From assembly GCA_040326155.1 (NCBI GenBank), contig JBEQLE010000027.1, forward strand, positions 1 through 44,700: a stretch of 44,700 nucleotides of DNA, read 5' to 3'. Both the position numbers and the translations under genes were made by a program. Of the stretch, positions 37,877 to 44,700 are shown piece by piece (the stretch's first letter is position 1; each line of letters opens with the position of its first letter). The stretch is from Leptospirales bacterium (lineage in GTDB: Bacteria; Spirochaetota; Leptospiria; Turneriellales; JAOUFE01). The notes beneath the pieces are model-generated. The model saw only the letters and a program-made list of their open reading frames with translations. It made no database searches and had not been told where the DNA came from.

Positions 37877-38989
37877 ATGGTCATTGGCGTACTGAAAGAA
37901 CTTAAAGTCGAAGAAAATCGAGTTGCTATGACGCCGGCTGGAGTCGAAGTTTTGACCGGGTTTGGTCATGAAGTGTGGATTGTGTCAGACGCCGGTAAGG
38001 GCAGCGGATTTTCCAATGAAGACTATACGACCCATGGAGCGCGGCTTAAAAAAGACCGTAAAGAGCTATTTCAAACCTGTGACTTACTGCTGCATGTAAA
38101 AGAGCCTCAAAGCTCCGAATATGCATTATTACGCAAAGATCAGATTATATTCACCTATTTACACCTTGCCGCCTCAGAAGCTTTAACAGAAGCCCTGGTG
38201 CATTCTAAAGCGGTTTGCATCGGTTATGAAACCATACAGAAAGATAATGGGACCTTGCCCCTGTTGACCCCGATGAGTGAAATTGGCGGTAGAATGGCCA
38301 TACAGCAAGGGGCAAAATTCCTGGAAATGGAATGGGGCGGTCGGGGAGTTTTACTCGGCGGAGTTCCCGGTGTCGAAACTGCCGCAGTGGTAGTTCTGGG
38401 TGGGGGCGCTGTCGGAATAAATGCGGCGAAAATGGCTGCGGGTCTGGGAGCAAGAGTCTATATTGTCGACAAGAACTTGCAAAGACTTCGCTATCTGGAT
38501 GATGTCATGCCAGCAAATTGTTTTACTATGTTTTCTAACCCCGCCAATATTCGAAGTTTAATTCGTGAAGCCGATGTCGTTGTGGGTGGAGTCTTAATTC
38601 CGGGCGCGCGCGCACCCAAATTGATTACACGTAAGATGTTATCCACGATGAAGAAAGGCTCGGTGCTGGTAGATGTCTCCATCGACCAGGGCGGTTGTTT
38701 TGAAACATCCAAAGCAACGACACACCGAGATCCTGTTTATGAAGTCGATGGGATAATACACTATTGCGTCGCAAATATGCCGGGAGCGGTCGCAAGAACA
38801 TCGACACTGGCTTTAACCAATGCAACCTTACCTTATGTTGTAGAAATCGCCAACAAAGGCTGGAAAGAAGGTATGAGAACAAATAAGGAACTGGCCAGAG
38901 GAGCCAATGTTGTTTCAGGTCATATTACCTGCGAAGGAGTCGCACAGGCTTTCAACAAACAGTATGTTCCCGTAAACGACATTCTATAA
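37877..38989 (+). CDS. ald: Alanine dehydrogenase
   Basis: IGVLKE.K..E.RVA.TP, KEP, FTYLHLAA, PLL.PMSE, GGG.VG.NAA, DVSIDQGGC.ET, YCVANMPG. Likely start 37877. Confidence 0.97.
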   Translation: MVIGVLKELKVEENRVAMTPAGVEVLTGFGHEVWIVSDAGKGSGFSNEDYTTHGARLKKDRKELFQTCDLLLHVKEPQSSEYALLRKDQIIFTYLHLAASEALTEALVHSKAVCIGYETIQKDNGTLPLLTPMSEIGGRMAIQQGAKFLEMEWGGRGVLLGGVPGVETAAVVVLGGGAVGINAAKMAAGLGARVYIVDKNLQRLRYLDDVMPANCFTMFSNPANIRSLIREADVVVGGVLIPGARAPKLITRKMLSTMKKGSVLVDVSIDQGGCFETSKATTHRDPVYEVDGIIHYCVANMPGAVARTSTLALTNATLPYVVEIANKGWKEGMRTNKELARGANVVSGHITCEGVAQAFNKQYVPVNDIL

Positions 38990-39035
38990 AGTCGGTATAA
39001 CCAGTTTATTATTCATTTCAATAATGTCCAATGAC

Positions 39036-39123
39036 CTTGATTACTTGACTACTTGACTACTTGACTACTTGACTACTTGACTACTTGACTACTTGACTAC
39101 TTGACTACTTGACTACTTGACGA
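39036..39123. repeat. 8-bp tandem repeat (CTTGACTA)n
   Basis: Nine perfect units at 39044-39115, flanked by variants CTTGATTA and CTTGACGA. Confidence 0.95.
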
Positions 39124-39144
39124 TTTAAGTAAATTTAATATTAT
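39117..39144 (+). promoter_or_regulatory. Putative sigma70 promoter whose -35 is the last VNTR unit
   Basis: TTGACG(39117)-N16-TATTAT(39139). Confidence 0.45.
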
Positions 39145-39192
39145 GGGATACAATTTGATCGTTATTACCAATTGTGCCAAAAAGGAGTCTTT

Positions 39193-39705
39193 GTGAAGAA
39201 AAAATTTATAGCCCTGTTTTTATTGTTGATATTCATAAGAGGGCCGTTGAATGGGTTAGGCAATTTAAATAATTTAAGCTATTCTGGCAATAATATGGGA
39301 GCAGCTTCATCAATAGCTTCTATTGTTGTTCTCGCTGTTACTACCGGGGTCGCTTCTGCAATAACCTCAATTGGTTTCACGCTGGATGCAGGAAAAGGTT
39401 CAGGTGAAGCTTTAATGCGCTATATGAAGGCAAACCACGTTCAATTGAAACATGATTTTTCTCTGGCAAATGGTGCTTTTTTCAAAGATATTGCTTATGA
39501 ACTGGCTTTAACTTCCGCCGAAACACACATTCTGGAGGCAGAATTTGAAGGTTCCGTTGAGCAACAATCTATTATGCAATCTTTAAACGGCAAGATTACG
39601 CTTGAAAAAGCTGGTTTTTTTTCTAGAACCCTGACAAACTACTTATTAAAAGCGCTTGGTCCGCACAGAATGGTCGAAATTTTTGCTCCCAGACTGCTGA
39701 ATTAA
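39193..39705 (+). CDS. Exported protein, DUF3015-like
   Basis: AAAGGAG RBS before GTG 39193, signal peptide, Y...N..QL..D.S...G....IA..L pattern. Confidence 0.6.
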   Translation: MKKKFIALFLLLIFIRGPLNGLGNLNNLSYSGNNMGAASSIASIVVLAVTTGVASAITSIGFTLDAGKGSGEALMRYMKANHVQLKHDFSLANGAFFKDIAYELALTSAETHILEAEFEGSVEQQSIMQSLNGKITLEKAGFFSRTLTNYLLKALGPHRMVEIFAPRLLN

Positions 39706-39717
39706 AAGTAATTTACA

Positions 39718-40269
39718 TTGAAAAAAATTCTGGAACGATTAAATCGAGCCGCGCAGCTTAGAAATATTCTAACTTTGCTTGCGTTGCAAACCCTGTTGCA
39801 GATCGTTCTGCTGGGATGGTTTTTGCCGCAGTTGCAGGGACCTGAAAAATCATTTGATACTCTTGATCTTCGTTTTTCATATTCGACACAAGATGTCAGA
39901 GACTACTTTCTTGCATTGGGCGCTCCCGGACGACTGGCTTATACTTTTAACGAACTTGTTGATTTGATATTTGGTTTAGTCTATGTTTTATCTTTTATAT
40001 TCATTATTGCTGCGTTAGGGCGAATGGCTTTTTCAGAAAAGAAATTCTGGTACTGGTTTTATATATTACCGTTGGTATTGGTTACCTGCGATTATATCGA
40101 AAATTTCAGTATTTTGGCGATGATAGCAAATTTTCCTGAGAATATACATATTGCGCCATTTGCGTCTTTTTTTACATCGATAAAACAAATTGTACTTGCC
40201 ACAACTATATTTTTAATTATGGGTATGGGTCTGGCAGCTTTCAAAAAAAAACTGTTCTCGATAAAATAA
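39718..40269 (+). CDS. Four-TM membrane protein of unknown function
   Basis: LDLRFSYS...V..Y..ALG..GR..Y...D..F and D..EN pattern, hydrophobic helices. Confidence 0.75.
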   Translation: MKKILERLNRAAQLRNILTLLALQTLLQIVLLGWFLPQLQGPEKSFDTLDLRFSYSTQDVRDYFLALGAPGRLAYTFNELVDLIFGLVYVLSFIFIIAALGRMAFSEKKFWYWFYILPLVLVTCDYIENFSILAMIANFPENIHIAPFASFFTSIKQIVLATTIFLIMGMGLAAFKKKLFSIK

Positions 40270-40272
40270 GAT

Positions 40273-40797
40273 ATGATATACCGACCTGCTGAATTACGTA
40301 AAAAGACGATTGTCGCTATCGATTTTGAGACGGCAAACCGCAATCCTGATAGCGCTTGCGCAGTTGGTCTTGTTAGAATTGAAAATGGACAGATTGTAAA
40401 ATCAGATACCTTTTTAATAAGGCCAGAATCGAGCCATTTCGTATTTACCTATATACATGGAATCGAATGGAAAGATGTCAGTTCCAGTCCCTCTTTTGGT
40501 GAACTCTGGCCCAGGTTTTTGAGTTTTATCGAAGGCGCCGACCTTTTAGCTGCCCATAGCTCAGTTTTTGACGAAAGGGTTCTAAAGGTATGTTGTAAGA
40601 AAAACAATATTATCAGGCCGAAGCAATCTTTTATATGCACGGTAAAACTGGCCCGTAAAACCTGGAAATTGTTCCCTACAAAACTCCCGGATGTTTGTGA
40701 ATTCTTAGATATAGAACTTAAACACCACGACCCCATGTCTGATGCAAACGCCTGTGCCGAAATTATTCTCGCAGCTCAAAAGAAAAGGCATCGTTAA
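40273..40797 (+). CDS. DEDDh 3'-5' exonuclease (DnaQ-like)
   Basis: IDFETAN (ExoI), AH...FD (ExoII), HHDPMSDA (ExoIII). Confidence 0.92.
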   Translation: MIYRPAELRKKTIVAIDFETANRNPDSACAVGLVRIENGQIVKSDTFLIRPESSHFVFTYIHGIEWKDVSSSPSFGELWPRFLSFIEGADLLAAHSSVFDERVLKVCCKKNNIIRPKQSFICTVKLARKTWKLFPTKLPDVCEFLDIELKHHDPMSDANACAEIILAAQKKRHR

Positions 40798-40806
40798 TTG
40801 AAAATA

Positions 40807-41457
40807 TTAACCGATTATTTTTTTTATGGCAGCTTCGCATTTTTGCTCCACTTCTGCAAAACTCGAAGAGCAGACATCCAGACTTTCTAACAGCCCGGTA
40901 TACATATTAAAAACCAGCCCATGAACATGCAGTTTGCTGCCTTCGTTCCATTTCTTTTTTACAGCATTGGTTAATGTAAAGTTTCGAACCTGCTCAATAA
41001 CATTGATTTTTATAAGAGCCTGGGACTTCTCTTTTATACTCGGTAGTCTCGCTAAAAGGTCTTTGTACTCTTCACTGTATTTTACCACCGGCGAGAGCCA
41101 GGGTTCCATCTCTTTTGGTAAACCGCCTTCCTCGACAACAGAGATAATTCCCCCGCACTCATAATGACCGGTAACAAACAAGTGTTGCACCTTGAGCGTA
41201 TTGATCGCAAAATGCATGGCTGCGTTTAAACCAGGGTCACCACTTTTGACCTGGTTTGCAATATTTCGCAATTCAAATATCTCCCCCGGTTTGGCGGCAG
41301 TAATATTAGAAGGCGAAACCCTGCTGTCACAACACCCCACCCATAAAATTTCCGGATATTGAGCCTTCGAGATTTCCGTAAAATAGTCAAGTTTTACTTC
41401 TTTTTGCCCCTGCGCCCAGGCTTTATTTTTAGCTAATATGGTATCCAATACATTCAT
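40807..41457 (-). CDS. can: Beta-class carbonic anhydrase
   Basis: WVGCCDSRV, RNIAN, GHYECGG zinc ligands. Confidence 0.92.
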   Translation of the reverse strand: MNVLDTILAKNKAWAQGQKEVKLDYFTEISKAQYPEILWVGCCDSRVSPSNITAAKPGEIFELRNIANQVKSGDPGLNAAMHFAINTLKVQHLFVTGHYECGGIISVVEEGGLPKEMEPWLSPVVKYSEEYKDLLARLPSIKEKSQALIKINVIEQVRNFTLTNAVKKKWNEGSKLHVHGLVFNMYTGLLESLDVCSSSFAEVEQKCEAAIKKIIG

Positions 41458-41484
41458 AAGGCCAACTCCCGTTGTGCTGCGACG

Positions 41485-41519
41485 TTTTTTAAGAGTAATA
41501 CAGAAAGTCTCTTAAAAAA
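41485..41519. terminator. Inverted repeat upstream of the carbonic anhydrase gene (terminator or operator)
   Basis: TTTTTTAAGAG-N13-CTCTTAAAAAA. Confidence 0.35.
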
Positions 41520-41593
41520 AGGTTTTTATTGGAAAATAATTCATTATCTGTAGGTGTGGAAAAACCCACTACGTTTTTTCCGATTGCTTTAAT

Positions 41594-41793
41594 TCGCCTC
41601 GTGGGCGACATCACAACTCACAATATCGTATGGGGTAGTGAAGAATCTTTTTTGTCTGTAAAGTTCGTCGGCATCGACGACTGGAAAAAACCAACAAAAA
41701 AATTCGCAACGAGGGGAAAGGGTAAAGACGTGCGGTGTAAAAAACCCACTTTCTTCTTTAGGCATTTGATTTCACAAAAAAAAACTGTGGTTT
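41594..41793 (+). repeat. Dispersed structured non-coding element, full copy 2
   Basis: Shares the AATATCGTAT.GGGT loop, the AGGG.AAAGG stem, the GGT...AAAAAC.CACTTT segment and the TTCACAAAAAAA..CTG.GGTTT end with 5931-6080. Confidence 0.7.
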
Positions 41794-43164
41794 CTAAAAG
41801 ATCTGCCGGACTTGCATGTAAAAGCCGAAGTCTTCGGAGCTGAATCCAAAATCGAGTGCGAAAACTGTGGACTGGTTCCATGTAATTCGCAGGCCGGCGC
41901 CATAGGAGAGCGCCCAGTCTTCGAAAGTCATTCCTGTCATAGTGTCGGATGCGCGACCAAGATCGATGAACGGGGCAATGGCGAATTCAAAAAGTTGTTC
42001 ACCGGGTTTCAATTGCATAAATTTGATACGCGTTTCAAAATTGGCCAGAGCGATGAAGGGACCCATGAAACGGCGGTCTCGGTAACCACGCATTCCCCCC
42101 ATGGAAGTAGTTGACTTGTCAGTGTAGCGAATTCCGGTCATTCCGTAGAAAGGGATGTCGCCGAAGCGGGCTGTGTAAGATAATCTTCCTGCCAGAACCA
42201 TGTCAAATTTTGGAAAGGGGGAGTAGTAAAATCGTAACGCTGTGGTTGCTTCGGTCCAGTCGTATTGTGAACCGAGCGCTTTGGAAGTATACATTAAAAG
42301 TATGTCGTGGAACATTCCTGTTCGGGGGTATGGTTCAAGGTCGCGAGTATCGTATGAGAAGCCGAGCAGAATCGAGTTATTCCACCCCCCATTAAAGCCA
42401 AGAATTTTACCAGAGAGTTGATCTTCTTTTAAACGAGTGGTAAGCATATTGGCTTTACTGCGCGCGCCTCCCGTTTTTGCCACTGTCACGGTTTTATTAC
42501 TATAGTCACCTATATTGAAATAATCGACGTTGACCCCGCCAAGCAGGCGAATGAGTCCACCCGAAAAATCCCTCTGGATGGTCAATTTTCCAAGGGTATC
42601 TTTCAAGTCGTAATAGTTGTAATGGCTATACGTTGTTCCAGCGGAAGTCTGGCGCAAGTCATCGTCATAATCTTCCATTCGCGAATACGTGGTTCCATCT
42701 GGATGGCGTAGCGGTTGCATGGTCTTGGTTCCCACTCCATAATACTGGGCGACCGGATTCATTGTGTACCAGAGTTCAACCGTAATACGATAAGGAGTAC
42801 GAAGAAAATAAGGGGCGTCCCACAAAAGACCAAACTGCAAAAACCCCCGGCTCATGTAAGTGACCAGCGCTCCGATGTTATGAAGATAAGGAGTGTAAGG
42901 AAATAACGGATCGTCTTTTTTACCGTTATAATAATAAAGCATAATTGCGGTGGCTCCGAAACCCGTGTCGGGGCTTGAACCAGGGCCTGCGATACCGGTA
43001 AGATACCCTCCCTCTTTTTTCTTTGCCAACTCGCGCTCTGACAAAGGGGTCTTTTTGCTCAGATCAATGTCACTTTTTGGGGTTGGCTCCGTTTTGGCGT
43101 CTTGCGTAAAAACCGGAAAGGAAAATATACAGATAAAAACAATAGTTGTAAATCGCACGAACAT
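41794..43164 (-). CDS. Omp85/BamA-TamA-like outer-membrane beta-barrel (no obvious POTRA domains)
   Basis: Signal peptide, SYDTRD, GGMRGYRDRRF loop-6 motif, YGAGLRI.WNQST...D.GFS.ED, terminal Phe. Confidence 0.85.
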   Translation of the reverse strand: MFVRFTTIVFICIFSFPVFTQDAKTEPTPKSDIDLSKKTPLSERELAKKKEGGYLTGIAGPGSSPDTGFGATAIMLYYYNGKKDDPLFPYTPYLHNIGALVTYMSRGFLQFGLLWDAPYFLRTPYRITVELWYTMNPVAQYYGVGTKTMQPLRHPDGTTYSRMEDYDDDLRQTSAGTTYSHYNYYDLKDTLGKLTIQRDFSGGLIRLLGGVNVDYFNIGDYSNKTVTVAKTGGARSKANMLTTRLKEDQLSGKILGFNGGWNNSILLGFSYDTRDLEPYPRTGMFHDILLMYTSKALGSQYDWTEATTALRFYYSPFPKFDMVLAGRLSYTARFGDIPFYGMTGIRYTDKSTTSMGGMRGYRDRRFMGPFIALANFETRIKFMQLKPGEQLFEFAIAPFIDLGRASDTMTGMTFEDWALSYGAGLRITWNQSTVFALDFGFSSEDFGFYMQVRQIF

Positions 43165-43246
43165 TCCTTCTCGTTTAAAAGTAATTAAGCGTCGGTCAAC
43201 CGAATTTCATAAACATGCGGCTATATTTAAAAGCATGTTTTATTTG

Positions 43247-43282
43247 TTGACATAGTCACTAGTGATTAGTATATTGTGACTA
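43247..43282 (+). promoter_or_regulatory. Sigma70 promoter with overlapping palindromic operator for padR
   Basis: TTGACA(43247)-N17-TATATT(43270). The spacer carries the near-palindrome TAGTCACTAGTGATTA, with a further GTGACTA half-site just before the ATG. Confidence 0.65.
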
Positions 43283-43798
43283 ATGAGTTCGTTGAAAGAC
43301 AAAACACTGTTGCTTTTAGGCTTTCTAAGTCATGAACAGATGCATGGATATAAATTGAACCAGTTGTTGAAACTGCCGTCCAATAGTATCCAGGTTGGCA
43401 AAGCCAATGCATATAAAATTCTGGCAAAGTTTGAAGAGCAAGGTTTTGTAACTCACGTAGAAGAGTCTCAGCGAAATCGCCCCTCCAAAACAACCTATTC
43501 TATTACCGAGGCAGGTAAAATTGAATTTAAAAGATTATTGCTGGAGCGATTAGGTGAATATCAACCATTTGAGTACCCAGACGGAGTTTCACTGGACTTT
43601 CTCGCACTCATTGAGCCTCAGGAGGCCTTGCCCTTATTGTTAAAAAGGCAAGAGTGTCTAGCCGCTCGTTGTACAACTTTACAAAGTTATTCTGACGACA
43701 TCCGCACCGGTCATCCAGGTTTAAATTTTCTCACTCTTCAAGCAGAGCTTGAGTTTGAGATGTTAACTAAATTGATTGAAAATTTAAAAGGCAGGTAA
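43283..43798 (+). CDS. PadR-family transcriptional regulator
   Basis: LLLGFL....MHGYKL, Y.IL.K.E..G.V, RPSK..YSITEAGK. Confidence 0.92.
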   Translation: MSSLKDKTLLLLGFLSHEQMHGYKLNQLLKLPSNSIQVGKANAYKILAKFEEQGFVTHVEESQRNRPSKTTYSITEAGKIEFKRLLLERLGEYQPFEYPDGVSLDFLALIEPQEALPLLLKRQECLAARCTTLQSYSDDIRTGHPGLNFLTLQAELEFEMLTKLIENLKGR

Positions 43799-43803
43799 TC
43801 AGA

Positions 43804-44163
43804 ATGGAACACGGAATAAATGAAGAAACAAAAGCACATGGCGACAATGTATTCGTTTTAGTTGAAGAGTACTATCCCAAAGAAGGACGCAGCAAAGACG
43901 TATTAGAAATTGCAACAGAATCTGCGAAAAGTATTTTTGGCTTCGATGGCCTGTTAATGGCGAAAACATTAACTCCAAAAAAAGTAGATGGTGCAATCTG
44001 TAACATCACGACCTGGGAATCCGAAGAATACTTTAATTCCTTTATGAAAAGTGACGCGTTAAAAGAGTTGGTCAAATCACCAATGATGGCAACGGTCAAA
44101 GAAGCGACTAGTGACATCAAGGTGAATATGTATCAGCTTGCATTGGGATGGCACCAATCCTAA
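43804..44163 (+). CDS. Antibiotic-biosynthesis-monooxygenase (dimeric alpha-beta barrel) family protein
   Basis: GL.......P....I...TWESEE.F..F..S pattern. Follows padR by 5 nt. Confidence 0.75.
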   Translation: MEHGINEETKAHGDNVFVLVEEYYPKEGRSKDVLEIATESAKSIFGFDGLLMAKTLTPKKVDGAICNITTWESEEYFNSFMKSDALKELVKSPMMATVKEATSDIKVNMYQLALGWHQS

Positions 44164-44200
44164 ATTTCTATAAGCGCGTAAATACCTGATCATTAACTTC

Positions 44201-44305
44201 CGGTAACAGAGTTTGATCTGATGTTTTGGCGAAGCCAAAATGTGGTTCAGCGCCAGCGAAACCCGATAACCCGAAAGGGCTTGAGCAGATCAAAATTTGT
44301 TATGC
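44201..44305. repeat. Complete attC-like site (105 bp)
   Basis: CGGTAAC ... GTTATGC ends. Arms AACAGAGTTTGATCTG and CAGATCAAAATTTGTT pair, with internal hairpins TTTTGGC-GAA-GCCAAAA and CCC-GAAA-GGG. Confidence 0.7.
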
Positions 44306-44323
44306 GATGAAAACCATAGTACA

Positions 44324-44353
44324 TCGAGGGTGACGCGACGTCACCCGAGATGC
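44324..44353. terminator. Strong GC hairpin
   Basis: CATC-GA-GGGTGACG-CGA-CGTCACCC-GA-GATG. Confidence 0.45.
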
Positions 44354-44402
44354 TTGATTGAATTTTTCCATTTTCAGCATGGTTGAAATAGAAAATATTA
44401 TA

Positions 44403-44437
44403 TTGACACGTAACACTATCGTGTATACATTGTTGTT
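44403..44437 (+). promoter_or_regulatory. Promoter/operator of the TA operon
   Basis: TTGACA(44403)-N17-TACATT(44426), ATG 6 nt later. TAACA...TGTTA inverted repeat overlaps it. Confidence 0.55.
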
Positions 44438-44665
44438 ATGATTAAAAAACTTATTAAGCACGGTAATAGTTTAGCTTTGATCATCGATAAGCCAATTCTA
44501 GAATTGCTTAAAATAAGTGATGAAACGCTATTAGAAATAAATACGGATGGAAAAAATCTTATTATCTCACCTCAATCAGATGATCAAGCGAAAGGAAAAG
44601 TAAAAAATTCTTTAGATAAGATTAACCGAAAGTTTAGCAAAACCTTATCAAAGTTAGCCAAATAA
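44438..44665 (+). CDS. AbrB/MazE-family antitoxin
   Basis: KKLIKHGNSLALIIDKPILELL...LEI.TDG..LIISP and terminal L.KLAK, typical of AbrB antitoxins paired with Doc. Confidence 0.9.
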   Translation: MIKKLIKHGNSLALIIDKPILELLKISDETLLEINTDGKNLIISPQSDDQAKGKVKNSLDKINRKFSKTLSKLAK

Positions 44666-44669
44666 GCTG

Positions 44670-44700
44670 ATGGATAAAAAATTTCTATCTCTTGCGGAGA
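44670..44700 (+). CDS. Probable Fic/Doc toxin, first codons only (runs off the window end)
   Basis: ATG 4 nt after the antitoxin stop. MDKKFLSLAE resembles Doc N-termini (FL.L.E). Confidence 0.5.
   Translation, partial: MDKKFLSLAE

Noticed and set aside
39036..39123. CRISPR array
   Set aside because: Units are 8 bp and contiguous with no spacers. No cas genes in the window.
41529..41881. ORFs 41529-41843 (+) and 41618-41881 (-) as genes
   Set aside because: They are read-throughs of the non-coding element. The reading frame is not preserved in the sibling copy, whereas base pairing is.
1..44700. Integron integrase, tRNA or rRNA genes
   Set aside because: No tyrosine-recombinase motif set in any ORF, and no recognisable tRNA cloverleaf or rRNA sequence.

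Overview
A 44.7-kb AT-rich bacterial chromosomal segment. Spirochaete-type lipoproteins, a Leptospira-like Omp85 and a spirochaete-type HATPase-like domain suggest a Leptospirales-like organism (inference). The core block is a complete A/V-type ATP synthase operon (H/G-I-K-E-C-F-A-B-D, 18.5-26.8 kb), then gltB-gltD, plus ald, clsB, a beta-carbonic anhydrase and a DEDDh exonuclease. A signalling cluster (8-18.3 kb) holds two tandem PAS-only paralogues, a class III adenylate cyclase, a hybrid histidine kinase and a frameshifted REC/HD-GYP gene. Accessory material includes a partial IS1182 abutting an attC-like site, further attC-like sites and remnants without an integrase, and HepT/MntA and AbrB/Doc-like toxin-antitoxin pairs. 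The non-coding highlights are three. (1) A dispersed structured repeat family (5.4, 5.9-6.1 and 41.6-41.8 kb) with compensatory base changes and pseudoknot or switch-like pairing. (2) A multi-stem ~230-nt leader upstream of gltB. (3) An 8-bp VNTR made of repeated -35 boxes. No tRNA, rRNA or CRISPR array was seen. All calls are by eye, without database searches.
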